Below, piece by piece: positions 24,145 to 32,000 of a stretch of DNA of 32,000 bases. Where the stretch lies: NCBI GenBank assembly GCA_964551475.1, contig CAZKCI010000027.1, forward strand, positions 45,050 to 77,049. Reading direction: 5' to 3'. This DNA is from an uncultured bacterium (GTDB lineage: Bacteria; Auribacterota; Erginobacteria; Erginobacterales; CAZKCI01). The translations under genes were made by a program, and so were the position numbers. How positions within the stretch are numbered: the stretch's first letter is position 1; every line of letters starts with the position of its first letter. Under the pieces are notes generated by a model that made no database searches, was not told the origin of the DNA, and worked only from the letters and a program-made list of their open reading frames with translations.

Positions 24145-25523
24145 AAGACTGTTCCCATGGTTTTTGATTGGTCGCTTGGGTCCCTGCTGTCCCTGACCAT
24201 CATTTCCGCTATCACCCGCGCGTTCTCTCCCACGTCCCACTTCGCCTCGACCTTTTTCCTCCCCTCTTTTCCATAGTGTATCAGGAGCGCACGATCCCCG
24301 GCGATTTTTTCGATGAGCTCCGCCAGGGCGGCGGGATCATTCTCCGGGATGACGAATCCGCAGGGGGGATCTTCGATCAGCTCGGGGAGAGAGGGGAGCG
24401 GCGTGCAGGCGACCGGCGTCCCCGCCGCCAGCGACTCGATCAGGACATTGGGGATGCCCCAATGGATCGCCAGGACCGCGGGGAGGACGCAGAGGTCGGC
24501 CCAGGCGTAATCGGCCGGCATCCCTTCCTGTGATTGATAACCCGTGAATTCGATCCGGTCGGCCACCCCCCGCTCGGCGGCCAGGCCCTCCAGCTCGCTT
24601 CGGAGGGGCCCTCCCCCCACGATCCGACAGCGAAAGTCACGGGACCGAATTTTGAGCAGAGCGCAGGATTCGATCAGCCGATCGAATCCCTTGCACTCGA
24701 AAAGGCTCCCCACCGACACGATCCGGAATGGCCTCTCCTCGGGCGCGGGCCCATTTAATTTCTCCCTCGCCCGAGGCGATGAACACACGTCATGTTTTTG
24801 CCCCGAATAATCCGCGTAATCCGCGGCTTTCTTCGCCAGTTCCCGGACGGCCTCCTTCGGACGATAGGAATCGAGATCCACGCCGTGATAGACGACCCGG
24901 ATCTTCTCCGGCGGAAGATCCGGGGCGAGACCGAGGAGATGGACCTGGTTGTGGGCCGTGCAGGTGAGGACGAAGTCCGCCCGCCGCATCTTCTCGGCGA
25001 GCCCCGCGGTCTTGACATGGATGTCGTGGGCGTGGCCGGTGAAGGAGAAGGGGATGCCGTTCAGAATCGAGATGACAAGCGCCGTCCCGGCGGGATAGGT
25101 GGCCCACTGGCCGTGCACCCTTTCGATCCCCCGTTCCCGGCAGATCCGGGCGAAATGGACCGCCTGGGGAAACAGCGCCAGCGACTTGAAAAGAAACTCG
25201 CCGTCAACCCGGTTGATGCGGACCGTGGCCGCCAGCGCCCGGAAGAACCGCCCGGGGCGGCGGACCAGGAAGCCCAGGCACGACCGGAGGACCCGAGGAT
25301 GGAAGAGCCCGGCGTAGAGGGTCCGGGCGAGCAGAGGCGTGCTGCTGTCGTGACGGACCGGCTCCCGGCGGGCGGGCTTCAGGGAAAGTATGGTCAGATC
25401 GAGCAGCGCGTCGAGGCGGACCATCTCGCGCAGGATGAAGACCTCGTCGTAGCGGGGAAACTGGGAGAAGACAAAGGCGACCTTTGTCCTGGATCCGGTT
25501 TCCGCTGTCCCGGGCCGGGCCAT
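24141..25523 (-). CDS. Glycosyltransferase family 4 (colanic-acid/WcaL-like), with in-frame low-complexity insert
   Basis: Start MARPGTAETGSRTKVAFVFSQFPRYDEVFILREM; 'HGQWATYPAGTALVISILNGIPFSFTGHAHDI', 'VVYHGVDLDSYRP', 'IVSVGSLFECKGFDRLIESCALL'; ATGA overlap with the Gfo/Idh gene. Confidence 0.9.
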   Translation of the reverse strand: MARPGTAETGSRTKVAFVFSQFPRYDEVFILREMVRLDALLDLTILSLKPARREPVRHDSSTPLLARTLYAGLFHPRVLRSCLGFLVRRPGRFFRALAATVRINRVDGEFLFKSLALFPQAVHFARICRERGIERVHGQWATYPAGTALVISILNGIPFSFTGHAHDIHVKTAGLAEKMRRADFVLTCTAHNQVHLLGLAPDLPPEKIRVVYHGVDLDSYRPKEAVRELAKKAADYADYSGQKHDVCSSPRAREKLNGPAPEERPFRIVSVGSLFECKGFDRLIESCALLKIRSRDFRCRIVGGGPLRSELEGLAAERGVADRIEFTGYQSQEGMPADYAWADLCVLPAVLAIHWGIPNVLIESLAAGTPVACTPLPSLPELIEDPPCGFVIPENDPAALAELIEKIAGDRALLIHYGKEGRKKVEAKWDVGENARVIAEMMVRDSRDPSDQSKTMGTVL

Positions 25524-26947
25524 TATTCTCTCCCGTCCCCCGGGGAGAATATCCCCCGCACCAGGATCCAATCCCTGCGGTTCAGGGCGCCGGAGACGAT
25601 CAGCCCTCCGCCGTAAAGAACGAAAGCGGAGAGGACGATCAGAAGCAGGGGCCATCCGGAAAAGGAAAGCCCCCACAACGCCGCCGCCATGGCCGCCGCG
25701 ACCGGCCAGGGACGGAGCAGAGGCGCCAGGGAGCGGGCGGAGAGATCGTCCCGCAGAAGACGAAGAAAAACCAGGAAAAGGAAAAGCTGGGCGAGCCCGC
25801 CGCCCGCCGCCGCGCCCGCCGGGCCGAAAGGAGCGACCAGAAGAAATGCCGAGGCGGCGTTGATCAGCGCTCCCGCCCCCATCACGCCCGCGAAGAGACG
25901 CTCTTTCCCCGCCGCCACCATCAGATCAAAGAGGAGATAGTTCTGCACCATGAGCAGGGAGACGATCCCGAGCACCCTGACCACTCCGGCCGCGGCGGCG
26001 AAGGAGGGGCCGAAAAAATACACGCAGAGGCGGGGCGACAGGACCAGGGAGATCACGGCGAACGGCAGGGCCGCCATCTGGAGGTAGGCGGCGGAGCGGC
26101 GATAGACGCCGGAGAAGGCGTTCCGGTCGGTCGCGCGCAGGCGGCAGACGGCGGGAAAGAGAGCCCCGACCAGCGAGAGCGGGACCAGCCCTTCCAGGGC
26201 CTGGAAAAAGGAGGAGCCGACGCTGTAATAACCGGCGGCGGCCGCGCCCGACCGCCAGTAAACGATCAGGCGCACAACGTCTTGGAAGGAGTTGAAGAAT
26301 ATCGCCAGCGCAATCAAGGCCCCTCCCCGGACCAGGCGGCGGGCGGCCGCCCCTTCCCGGAAAATGGCGGGCGGAAAAAACAGGCGGCGCACCAGAAGCC
26401 AGGAGAAGACAAACTGGAAAAGCGCGGAGACAAAATAGATCCAGGCCGCCGAAGCCACCGAGCGCGCCAGTAAATATACCAGGGCGAGCAGGAACAGGCT
26501 TTTCGCCGTTTTGACCAGGGCCTCCAGACCCATCACCTCCCGGGAGCGGAAGACCACGGTCAGAGTGTTGGCCAGGCCGGAGACGGCATAGATACCCAGA
26601 CCGAGAAAAACAACCGGGGCCAGAGGACGATAGCGGCCGGAAGGAGCGATCACGATCAGAGCGGTCAGGCCTACCGCCAGGGCCAGGATGATCTTGATCA
26701 GGAGAGTCGTCCCCACCCAGATGCGCTCGCGGGACCGATCGACCGAGCACTCCCGGATCGCGATCTTGTCCAGGCCCAGCTCGATCGCCACACCGAGGAG
26801 GGCGCAGAGCGAGAGCACGGCCCGGAAAGCCCCGTAGCCGCCGGGGCCGAGGCGGCGGGCGAGGATGGCGGCCAGCGCCAGCGAAACCAGGAGCATCGCG
26901 GCCTTGGCGGAGAAGAGAGCGAGGGTGTTGGAAATAATCTTGTTCAT
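25523..26947 (-). CDS. Oligosaccharide flippase family protein (polysaccharide biosynthesis/MviN-like, Wzx-type)
   Basis: Start MNKIISNTLALFSAKAAMLLVSLALAAILARRLGPGGYGAFRAVLSLCALLGVAIELGLDKIAIREC; 12-14 predicted TM segments. Confidence 0.88.
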   Translation of the reverse strand: MNKIISNTLALFSAKAAMLLVSLALAAILARRLGPGGYGAFRAVLSLCALLGVAIELGLDKIAIRECSVDRSRERIWVGTTLLIKIILALAVGLTALIVIAPSGRYRPLAPVVFLGLGIYAVSGLANTLTVVFRSREVMGLEALVKTAKSLFLLALVYLLARSVASAAWIYFVSALFQFVFSWLLVRRLFFPPAIFREGAAARRLVRGGALIALAIFFNSFQDVVRLIVYWRSGAAAAGYYSVGSSFFQALEGLVPLSLVGALFPAVCRLRATDRNAFSGVYRRSAAYLQMAALPFAVISLVLSPRLCVYFFGPSFAAAAGVVRVLGIVSLLMVQNYLLFDLMVAAGKERLFAGVMGAGALINAASAFLLVAPFGPAGAAAGGGLAQLFLFLVFLRLLRDDLSARSLAPLLRPWPVAAAMAAALWGLSFSGWPLLLIVLSAFVLYGGGLIVSGALNRRDWILVRGIFSPGDGRE

Positions 26948-26980
26948 GTCGACGATCCCGACGGCCGGGGCCATAATATA

Positions 26981-27055
26981 ATCTTAGGAAGCCAGGAAAC
27001 CAGGAGGATCCAGGCCGGTCTCATCATCATTCCTGGGTTCCTGGTTTCCTAAGAT
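26981..27055. repeat. Inverted repeat: 25-nt arms, 23/25 complementary, 25-nt loop
   Basis: 26981-27005 atcttaggaagccaggaaaccagga; 27031-27055 tcctgggttcctggtttcctaagat. Right arm encodes the C-terminus of the next gene and its stop codon lies in the loop. Confidence 0.95.
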
Positions 27056-28274
27056 GATCCTCTTGGCCGGGCCGGACGAGACCGGACAGGGCAACCGCGG
27101 CGAAGGCGTAGACGAACGGCATCACCGGCAACCGGTAGCGCCCCTCGGGAAGAAACACCGAGTGGATGAGCGTGAAGGAGAGAATGCCGAGAAGAAAGAG
27201 CGAGGCTTTGCCCTCCCAGCCTCGGGACAGAATCGCCCCGGTGACGCCGAGGAGAAGCGCGACCCAAAGCGAGGCGGCGAGAGGAAGCGAGGGGTTGTGC
27301 GCGTCCAGATGATACAGCCAGGCCAGGCGGCGGAAGCTGAGACGGAGAAACCGGGCGGGATCGCTCCGGATGAAATCCATCGCCTTCTTCCCGTATCCCC
27401 GGCTGTAGGCGATCTCGTCCTCCGTCTCCCCGAGGTGGAACGCGCCGAGGGCGATCAGATCGTTGACCCGCACCGTTCCGCCCGAGGAGTGCGGATTGTT
27501 CGCCAGATAGAAGTTGTTTCCCCCCTGCGTGTTGAGCGGGACAAATTCCCCCAGGACCAGGAAATTCCGCGCCGTCCAGGGGAGAAGAACCAGGAGGAGG
27601 GGAAAAAGAAAGCGCAGGGCGCGGCGGACATACCCTCTCCCCCGCAAGGGCGGCCAGAGGAGACAGGCGGCGGCCAGGATGACGAGTGTCGGGCGACAGA
27701 GGATCCCCATTCCCAGGAGCGCCCCGGCGGCGGGGAGCCGGCGGCCGGTGAAACCGGCTTCCGCGGCCCCCAGAAGGAGAGCCGCCGCCGCGAGCAGGAG
27801 AAAGATAAAGAGCGTCTCCGTCATCAACCGCCCGCTGTAGTAGATGAGCAGCGGGTCGCCGGCCGCGAGGAAGGCCGCCACGCTTCCCTCCCGCGTCCCC
27901 GCGCCGGACCGTCCGGCGAAGGCCGACCGGGCGGCCAGGCCGAGCAGGCCGCAGGAGAACGCCCCCAGAAAGACCTGCGCGACCCGCGCCACGCGAAAAG
28001 AGAAGATCCCTCCCCGGACAAAAACCGCGAGAAATATCGGATAGAGGGGGGGAAAGGAGGCCCGGCGCCAGGGGCTGTAGATCAGCCCTTTCCCCCCGGC
28101 CAGGTTCCGGGCGACGGCGAGGTACATCTTCTCGTCGGGATCGTAGGAGCGCTCCGAGAGACCGAGGACGTAGCCCAGGCGCAGGGCGAAGCCGAGCGCG
28201 CAGGCGGAGAGAAGCAATATCGCGAACGAAGGAGTGCGGTGGCGCGGCCCGTTTGGTCTCACGGCATTCGTCAC
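27027..28274 (-). CDS. Glycosyltransferase family 39 (ArnT/PMT_2-like) membrane protein
   Basis: 'GYVLGLSERSYDPDEKMYLAVARNLAGGKGL', 'FPPLYPIFLAVF', multi-TM, 'LIYYSGRLMTETLFIFLLLAAAALL'. Confidence 0.85.
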   Translation of the reverse strand: MTNAVRPNGPRHRTPSFAILLLSACALGFALRLGYVLGLSERSYDPDEKMYLAVARNLAGGKGLIYSPWRRASFPPLYPIFLAVFVRGGIFSFRVARVAQVFLGAFSCGLLGLAARSAFAGRSGAGTREGSVAAFLAAGDPLLIYYSGRLMTETLFIFLLLAAAALLLGAAEAGFTGRRLPAAGALLGMGILCRPTLVILAAACLLWPPLRGRGYVRRALRFLFPLLLVLLPWTARNFLVLGEFVPLNTQGGNNFYLANNPHSSGGTVRVNDLIALGAFHLGETEDEIAYSRGYGKKAMDFIRSDPARFLRLSFRRLAWLYHLDAHNPSLPLAASLWVALLLGVTGAILSRGWEGKASLFLLGILSFTLIHSVFLPEGRYRLPVMPFVYAFAAVALSGLVRPGQEDHLRKPGTQE

Positions 28275-28299
28275 CCGGCCGCCTGGAGCCGCTCCGTGA

Positions 28300-29373
28300 T
28301 CATTCGCGGGGTGGGAGGCGCGCGAGCTCGGAGAGGAGCGCGCTGACGATCCGGCGCGCCGGCACGGTCCGGATCGCCTGGCCGCGACGAAAGAGCAGAG
28401 CCGAATTCCGCCCCGCCGCGATCCCGAGGTCCGCCTCCCTCGCCTCCCCGGGGCCGTTCACCGCGCATCCCATCACGGCGACGGTGACGCCGGAGAGGGA
28501 GCGGAAACGGGTGGAGGAGAGAGCCGCCTCCACCTGCTTGACCAGGGGGAGGAGATCGACCCGGCAGCGGCCGCAGGTCGGGCAGGAGACCAGAACCGGG
28601 CCGAAAGACCTGAGCCCGAGGGACTGGAGGATGAGTTTCCCCACCCGCGCCTCCTCCTCCTCGGGCGCGCTCAGGGAGACGCGGACGGTATCGCCCATCC
28701 CCTCCAGGAGAAGAGCCCCGATCCCGATCGCCGAGCGGACCGTCCCGGGAAGAAAGGGCCCGGCCTCGGTGATCCCGATGTGAAAGGGATAATCGACCCG
28801 GGCGGAGAGCTCGCGGTAGGCGGCGATCGTGGTGGGGATGTCGAAGGCCTTGACCGAGATCTTGATCTCCCGGTAGCCCTCCTTCTCGATCAGCCGGACC
28901 TCCTGGAGCGCGCTCTCGGCCAGGGCCCGGGCGGTGGGACCGCCGCGGCGGGCCAGGAGGGCCTTCTCCAGCGACCCGGCGTTCACGCCCACCCGGACGG
29001 GGATTCTTTCCCCGCGGCAGGCCGCGATCACCTCGCGGACTTTGAGAGAGGAACCGATGTTGCCGGGGTTGATCCGGAGCCCGGCCACGCCCGCCGCCAC
29101 CGACCGGAGCGCCAGGCGATGATCGAAATGGATGTCGGCGATGACCGGAAGAGGCGAGCGGCGGCAGATCGCGGTCAGGGCCTCCGCCGCCTCCAGGTCG
29201 GGGACGGCGAGGCGGACGATCTCGCAGCCCGCCCGGGAGAGAGAGGAAATCCTCCGGAGCGTGGCGCGGACGTCCCGGGTGTCGGTCTTGGTCATCGACT
29301 GGACCGAGACCGGGGCCCCCCCGCCCACGGGGACCGATCCCACGAGAATCCGGCGCGTTTTCCGTCTCTTCAT
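28300..29373 (-). CDS. ispG: 4-hydroxy-3-methylbut-2-enyl diphosphate synthase
   Basis: 'VSVQSMTKTDTRDVRATLRRI', 'IADIHFDHRLALRS', 'LRINPGNIGS', 'PVRVGVNAGSLEKALL', 'VSCPTCGRCRVDL', 'VAVMGCAVNGPGEAREADLGIA'. Confidence 0.97.
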   Translation of the reverse strand: MKRRKTRRILVGSVPVGGGAPVSVQSMTKTDTRDVRATLRRISSLSRAGCEIVRLAVPDLEAAEALTAICRRSPLPVIADIHFDHRLALRSVAAGVAGLRINPGNIGSSLKVREVIAACRGERIPVRVGVNAGSLEKALLARRGGPTARALAESALQEVRLIEKEGYREIKISVKAFDIPTTIAAYRELSARVDYPFHIGITEAGPFLPGTVRSAIGIGALLLEGMGDTVRVSLSAPEEEEARVGKLILQSLGLRSFGPVLVSCPTCGRCRVDLLPLVKQVEAALSSTRFRSLSGVTVAVMGCAVNGPGEAREADLGIAAGRNSALLFRRGQAIRTVPARRIVSALLSELARLPPRE

Positions 29374-31055
29374 CAGCGTCGGAAGAACACCTGGATGATG
29401 TCGTTGTAGGTCACCAGCAGGAAAAGAAGCAGGAGCAGGCCCAGGCCGATCTGGTGGGCGACGACGATCGCCCGCTCCGAGAGGGGGCGGCGGCGCACGG
29501 CCTCGATCAGGATGAAGAGGATGTGCCCTCCGTCCAGGACCGGGAGGGGGAAGAGGTTGACCACAGCCAGGTTGACGCTGATCATGGCGAGAAAATGGAC
29601 GATCGCGATGGAGATGAGCTTGAACTGGCGGGTCAGGTCGAAGATCCGGACCGGGCCGGCCAGATCCGTCGGGCTGGCCCGGCCGACCAGGAGATAATAG
29701 AGAAAGGAGAAGATGGTCTTGACCATCTTGACCGTCTCGGCGAATCCGTAACGGACCGCCGCCCAGCCCCGGTAGCGGGCGGTGACCGTGTCCGGATAGT
29801 AATCGAAGGCGATGCCGGGGATGTAGCCTTCCGCCGCCACGGTCACCGTGGCGGTCACCGCCTGGGAAGGCAGGAAGAAGAGCCGGGCGGAGCGCTCGAT
29901 GATCAGGCGGAGTTCGCTCCCGGGGGCCGTGGAGGAGATGATCTCCTGGAGCCGATCCGGAGAGGTCTCTTCACCGTTGACACGTGCGATCCGGTCGCCC
30001 GGACGGAGGGCGGCGGCATCGAAGCGGGCGCGGTAATCGACCGCCCGGACCGTTCCCTCTTCCAGGTGAAGGCCGGGGACGACCGTCCGCGTCTCCGCCT
30101 TCGCCTCGACCTCGAAGGTCTTCCCGCTTTCCGGGTCCTCCACTCCCAGGCGGAGGGAACGGGACGGACGGGAGGCGATCTCCTCTTCCAGGGCGGGATA
30201 CGGGAGAGAGCGGCCGTCAATCGAGTTGACGATCATCCCCGCGCGGAGCCCCGACCGGGCGGCCGGGCTGTCGGTGTCCTCCACCCAGACCGCCGCCCGA
30301 CCGGCGGGGGCGACGCCGATCCGCGGACGGGTGGTCCCGGGAAGGATGCGGGGGGCCACTTCCACCCGTCTTTCCTCTCCGTCGCGGAGGTAAACGATGG
30401 CCACGGGAGAATCGGCCCGCCAGGTCGAGATGGAGAGAAGAAAGTCGCTCCACTCTCCCATCGTCTCCCCGTCCACGGAGACGATCTTGTCGCCGGGGAG
30501 GATGCCGGCGGCGGCGGCGGGCGAGCCGGGCTCCACGTTCCCGATATTCGTCCCCTGATAGGGCTTGAAGACCGTCACCCCGTGGCAGGCGATCAGGATG
30601 AAGAGGACGAGGCCGAGCAGAACGTTCATCACCGGACCGGCGGCGATGATCAGGGCGCGCTGCCAGAGCGGCTTGCGGTCGAACTTTTCCCCGTCCGGGA
30701 TGGCGCGGTCCTCCTCTAGGATTTTCTTCTTCGCTTCCTCGTCGTCGCTCGGGAGGTCCTCCTGGCCGGCCATCTTGACGTAGCCGCCCAGGGGCAGGAT
30801 GCCGATCCCGTATTCGGTCGGCCCGGCCCGGAAACGGAGAAGCTTCAGCCCCATGATGTCGAAACCCAGGTAGAACTTCTTGACCCTCACCCGGCAGAGG
30901 CGGGCCATCAGAAAGTGGCCGAGCTCATGGACGAAGATCAGGATCCCCAGGACGACGAGGAACTTGAGAACGCCCTTGATGGGGTCGGGAATGTAAGACA
31001 TGGTTCCCGTGAGGAACCCGGCGATGCTAGCGAGATGGACGGAGAGAGAGGTCAT
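29373..31055 (-). CDS. rseP: Site-2 zinc metalloprotease RseP, with PDZ domains
   Basis: 'VLGILIFVHELGHFLMARLCRVRVKKFYLGF', 'VTEYGIGILPLGGYVKM'-like motif, 'NLFPLPVLDGGHILFILIEAVR'; three PDZ-like GDKI/GMIV/GDRI segments. The actual start may be an internal Met. Confidence 0.93.
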   Translation of the reverse strand: MTSLSVHLASIAGFLTGTMSYIPDPIKGVLKFLVVLGILIFVHELGHFLMARLCRVRVKKFYLGFDIMGLKLLRFRAGPTEYGIGILPLGGYVKMAGQEDLPSDDEEAKKKILEEDRAIPDGEKFDRKPLWQRALIIAAGPVMNVLLGLVLFILIACHGVTVFKPYQGTNIGNVEPGSPAAAAGILPGDKIVSVDGETMGEWSDFLLSISTWRADSPVAIVYLRDGEERRVEVAPRILPGTTRPRIGVAPAGRAAVWVEDTDSPAARSGLRAGMIVNSIDGRSLPYPALEEEIASRPSRSLRLGVEDPESGKTFEVEAKAETRTVVPGLHLEEGTVRAVDYRARFDAAALRPGDRIARVNGEETSPDRLQEIISSTAPGSELRLIIERSARLFFLPSQAVTATVTVAAEGYIPGIAFDYYPDTVTARYRGWAAVRYGFAETVKMVKTIFSFLYYLLVGRASPTDLAGPVRIFDLTRQFKLISIAIVHFLAMISVNLAVVNLFPLPVLDGGHILFILIEAVRRRPLSERAIVVAHQIGLGLLLLLFLLVTYNDIIQVFFRR

Positions 31056-31092
31056 GGATTTTCGATCGGGGATCGCGGATTTTAGTCTGTTT

Positions 31093-31121
31093 ATCTGAGA
31101 TCTGAAATTTGAAATCTGAGA
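31093..31121. repeat. 7-nt word repeat ATCTGAG ATCTGAA ATTTGAA ATCTGAG abutting the dxr stop codon
   Basis: 31093-31120 direct read; the dxr stop codon is 31122-31124. Confidence 0.85.
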
Positions 31122-32000
31122 TTATTCTCGGCGGCTCTGAGAGGCGATCATCTTTCTCGCTTCCTCCCTCGCCCAACGGTCGGCGGCGAGGATCTCTCCC
31201 AGGCGGGGATGCGGCACCGGCCGGTGCTTTTCCATCACCTCTTCCACCAGCGAGCTGATCCGGGGGAAAAGAAGACGGCGTTCCAGGAAAGCCGCCCCGG
31301 CCTCCTCGTTGGCGGCGTTCAGGACCGCCGGCATCGTCCCCCCGGCCTTTCCGGCCGCATAGGCCAGGCCCAGGGCGGGGAAGCGGGACCAGTCGGGCTC
31401 CCGGAAGGTCAGGGGGGGCAGGCGGTAGAAATCCAGCTCGGCCAGCGGCGAGGGAGAGCGGTCCGGATAGGAGAGCGCGTAACGGATGGGAAGCCTCATG
31501 TCGGGGCGGCTCAGCTGGGCGAGGACGGCCCCGTCGTCCATCTCGACCAGGGCGTGCACGACGGACTCCGGATGGATCACCACCTTGATCCGATCGAACG
31601 GGATGGAGAAGAGGTGATGGGCCTCGATCACCTCCAGCCCCTTGTTCATCAGCGTGGCGGAGTCGAGCGTCACCTTCCGCCCCATCTTCCAGCGGGGATG
31701 CCGGAGCGCCTCTTCCGGCGTGATCCGGCGGAAGGCGCTTTTCGGGCGATTCAGAAACGGCCCTCCGGAAGCGGTCAGGATGATCCTCCGGACATGGGCC
31801 GGATCCTCTCCCCGCAGACACTGGAAGACGGCGGAGTGCTCGCTGTCCACCGGGAGGAGGCGGATTCCCCGGGCGCGCGCTTCCTCCATCACGATCGATC
31901 CCGCCGCCACCAGCACCTCCTTGGCGGCCAGAGCCACCGTCTTGCCCGCCCGGATCGCGGAGAGGGTGGGGAGGAGCCCGGCGATGCCGGGTATGGCCGA
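31122..32000 (-). CDS. dxr: 1-deoxy-D-xylulose 5-phosphate reductoisomerase, partial (N-terminus off window)
   Basis: 'GKTVALAAKEVLVAAGSIVMEEA', 'VDSEHSAVFQCL', 'LTASGGPFL', 'ATLMNKGLEVIEAHHLF', 'VVIHPESVVHALVEMDDGAVLAQLSRPDMRLPIRYAL', 'LNAANEEAGAAF'. The reading frame continues upstream to the window edge. Confidence 0.97.
   Translation of the reverse strand, partial: SAIPGIAGLLPTLSAIRAGKTVALAAKEVLVAAGSIVMEEARARGIRLLPVDSEHSAVFQCLRGEDPAHVRRIILTASGGPFLNRPKSAFRRITPEEALRHPRWKMGRKVTLDSATLMNKGLEVIEAHHLFSIPFDRIKVVIHPESVVHALVEMDDGAVLAQLSRPDMRLPIRYALSYPDRSPSPLAELDFYRLPPLTFREPDWSRFPALGLAYAAGKAGGTMPAVLNAANEEAGAAFLERRLLFPRISSLVEEVMEKHRPVPHPRLGEILAADRWAREEARKMIASQSRRE

Noticed and set aside
22984-24276. 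Long plus-strand ORF (430 aa) opposite the Gfo/Idh gene
   Set aside because: Antisense frame of a confident enzyme; composition is a GC-rich mirror-frame artefact and the N-terminus is translated CTGCGCTTTC repeat.
27054-28346. Plus-strand 430-aa ORF opposite GT39 (also 29454..30719, 26/25 kb and 8838..10046 plus-strand ORFs)
   Set aside because: All are antisense to recognised genes, are Arg/Gly/Asp/Glu-rich without domain motifs and arise from high GC3.
1-32000. rRNA, tRNA or standard transposase genes
   Set aside because: No recognisable rRNA/tRNA sequence and no DDE/tyrosine-recombinase/IS200 ORF in the supplied track; cannot exclude a short RNA gene without folding tools.

Overview
GC-rich bacterial chromosomal window, densely packed with genes. 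(1) Most of it is a minus-strand exopolysaccharide/surface-glycan region: a WbaP/EpsE-type sugar transferase (on + strand), GT2, GT4 and GT39 glycosyltransferases, an O-unit flippase, two polysaccharide deacetylases, an exosortase with an EpsI-like partner, a Gfo/Idh/MocA oxidoreductase, and a WbpD-like acetyltransferase fused to a four-helix-bundle (S23/IVP-type) domain. (2) At 11298-17078 there is a plus-strand six-gene island: LysM/coiled-coil protein, a mini-FliF/FliG fusion with duplicated FliG C-terminal motif, FlbD, MotA, MotB, MotB. No rod, hook, filament or export gene accompanies it in the window, and it lies inside glycan genes. It is a candidate non-canonical, possibly envelope-anchored, ion-driven motor. 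(3) The right end is ispG-rseP-dxr. (4) Many intergenic spacers hold different 'word-like' low-complexity repeats with 7-10 nt periods. Several form long inverted repeats (33, 27 and 25 nt arms) around a short core, and related words occur in frame inside two proteins. The two main candidates for undescribed biology are the motor island and the repeat/inverted-repeat elements. Family calls come from motif recognition only; no database search was run.
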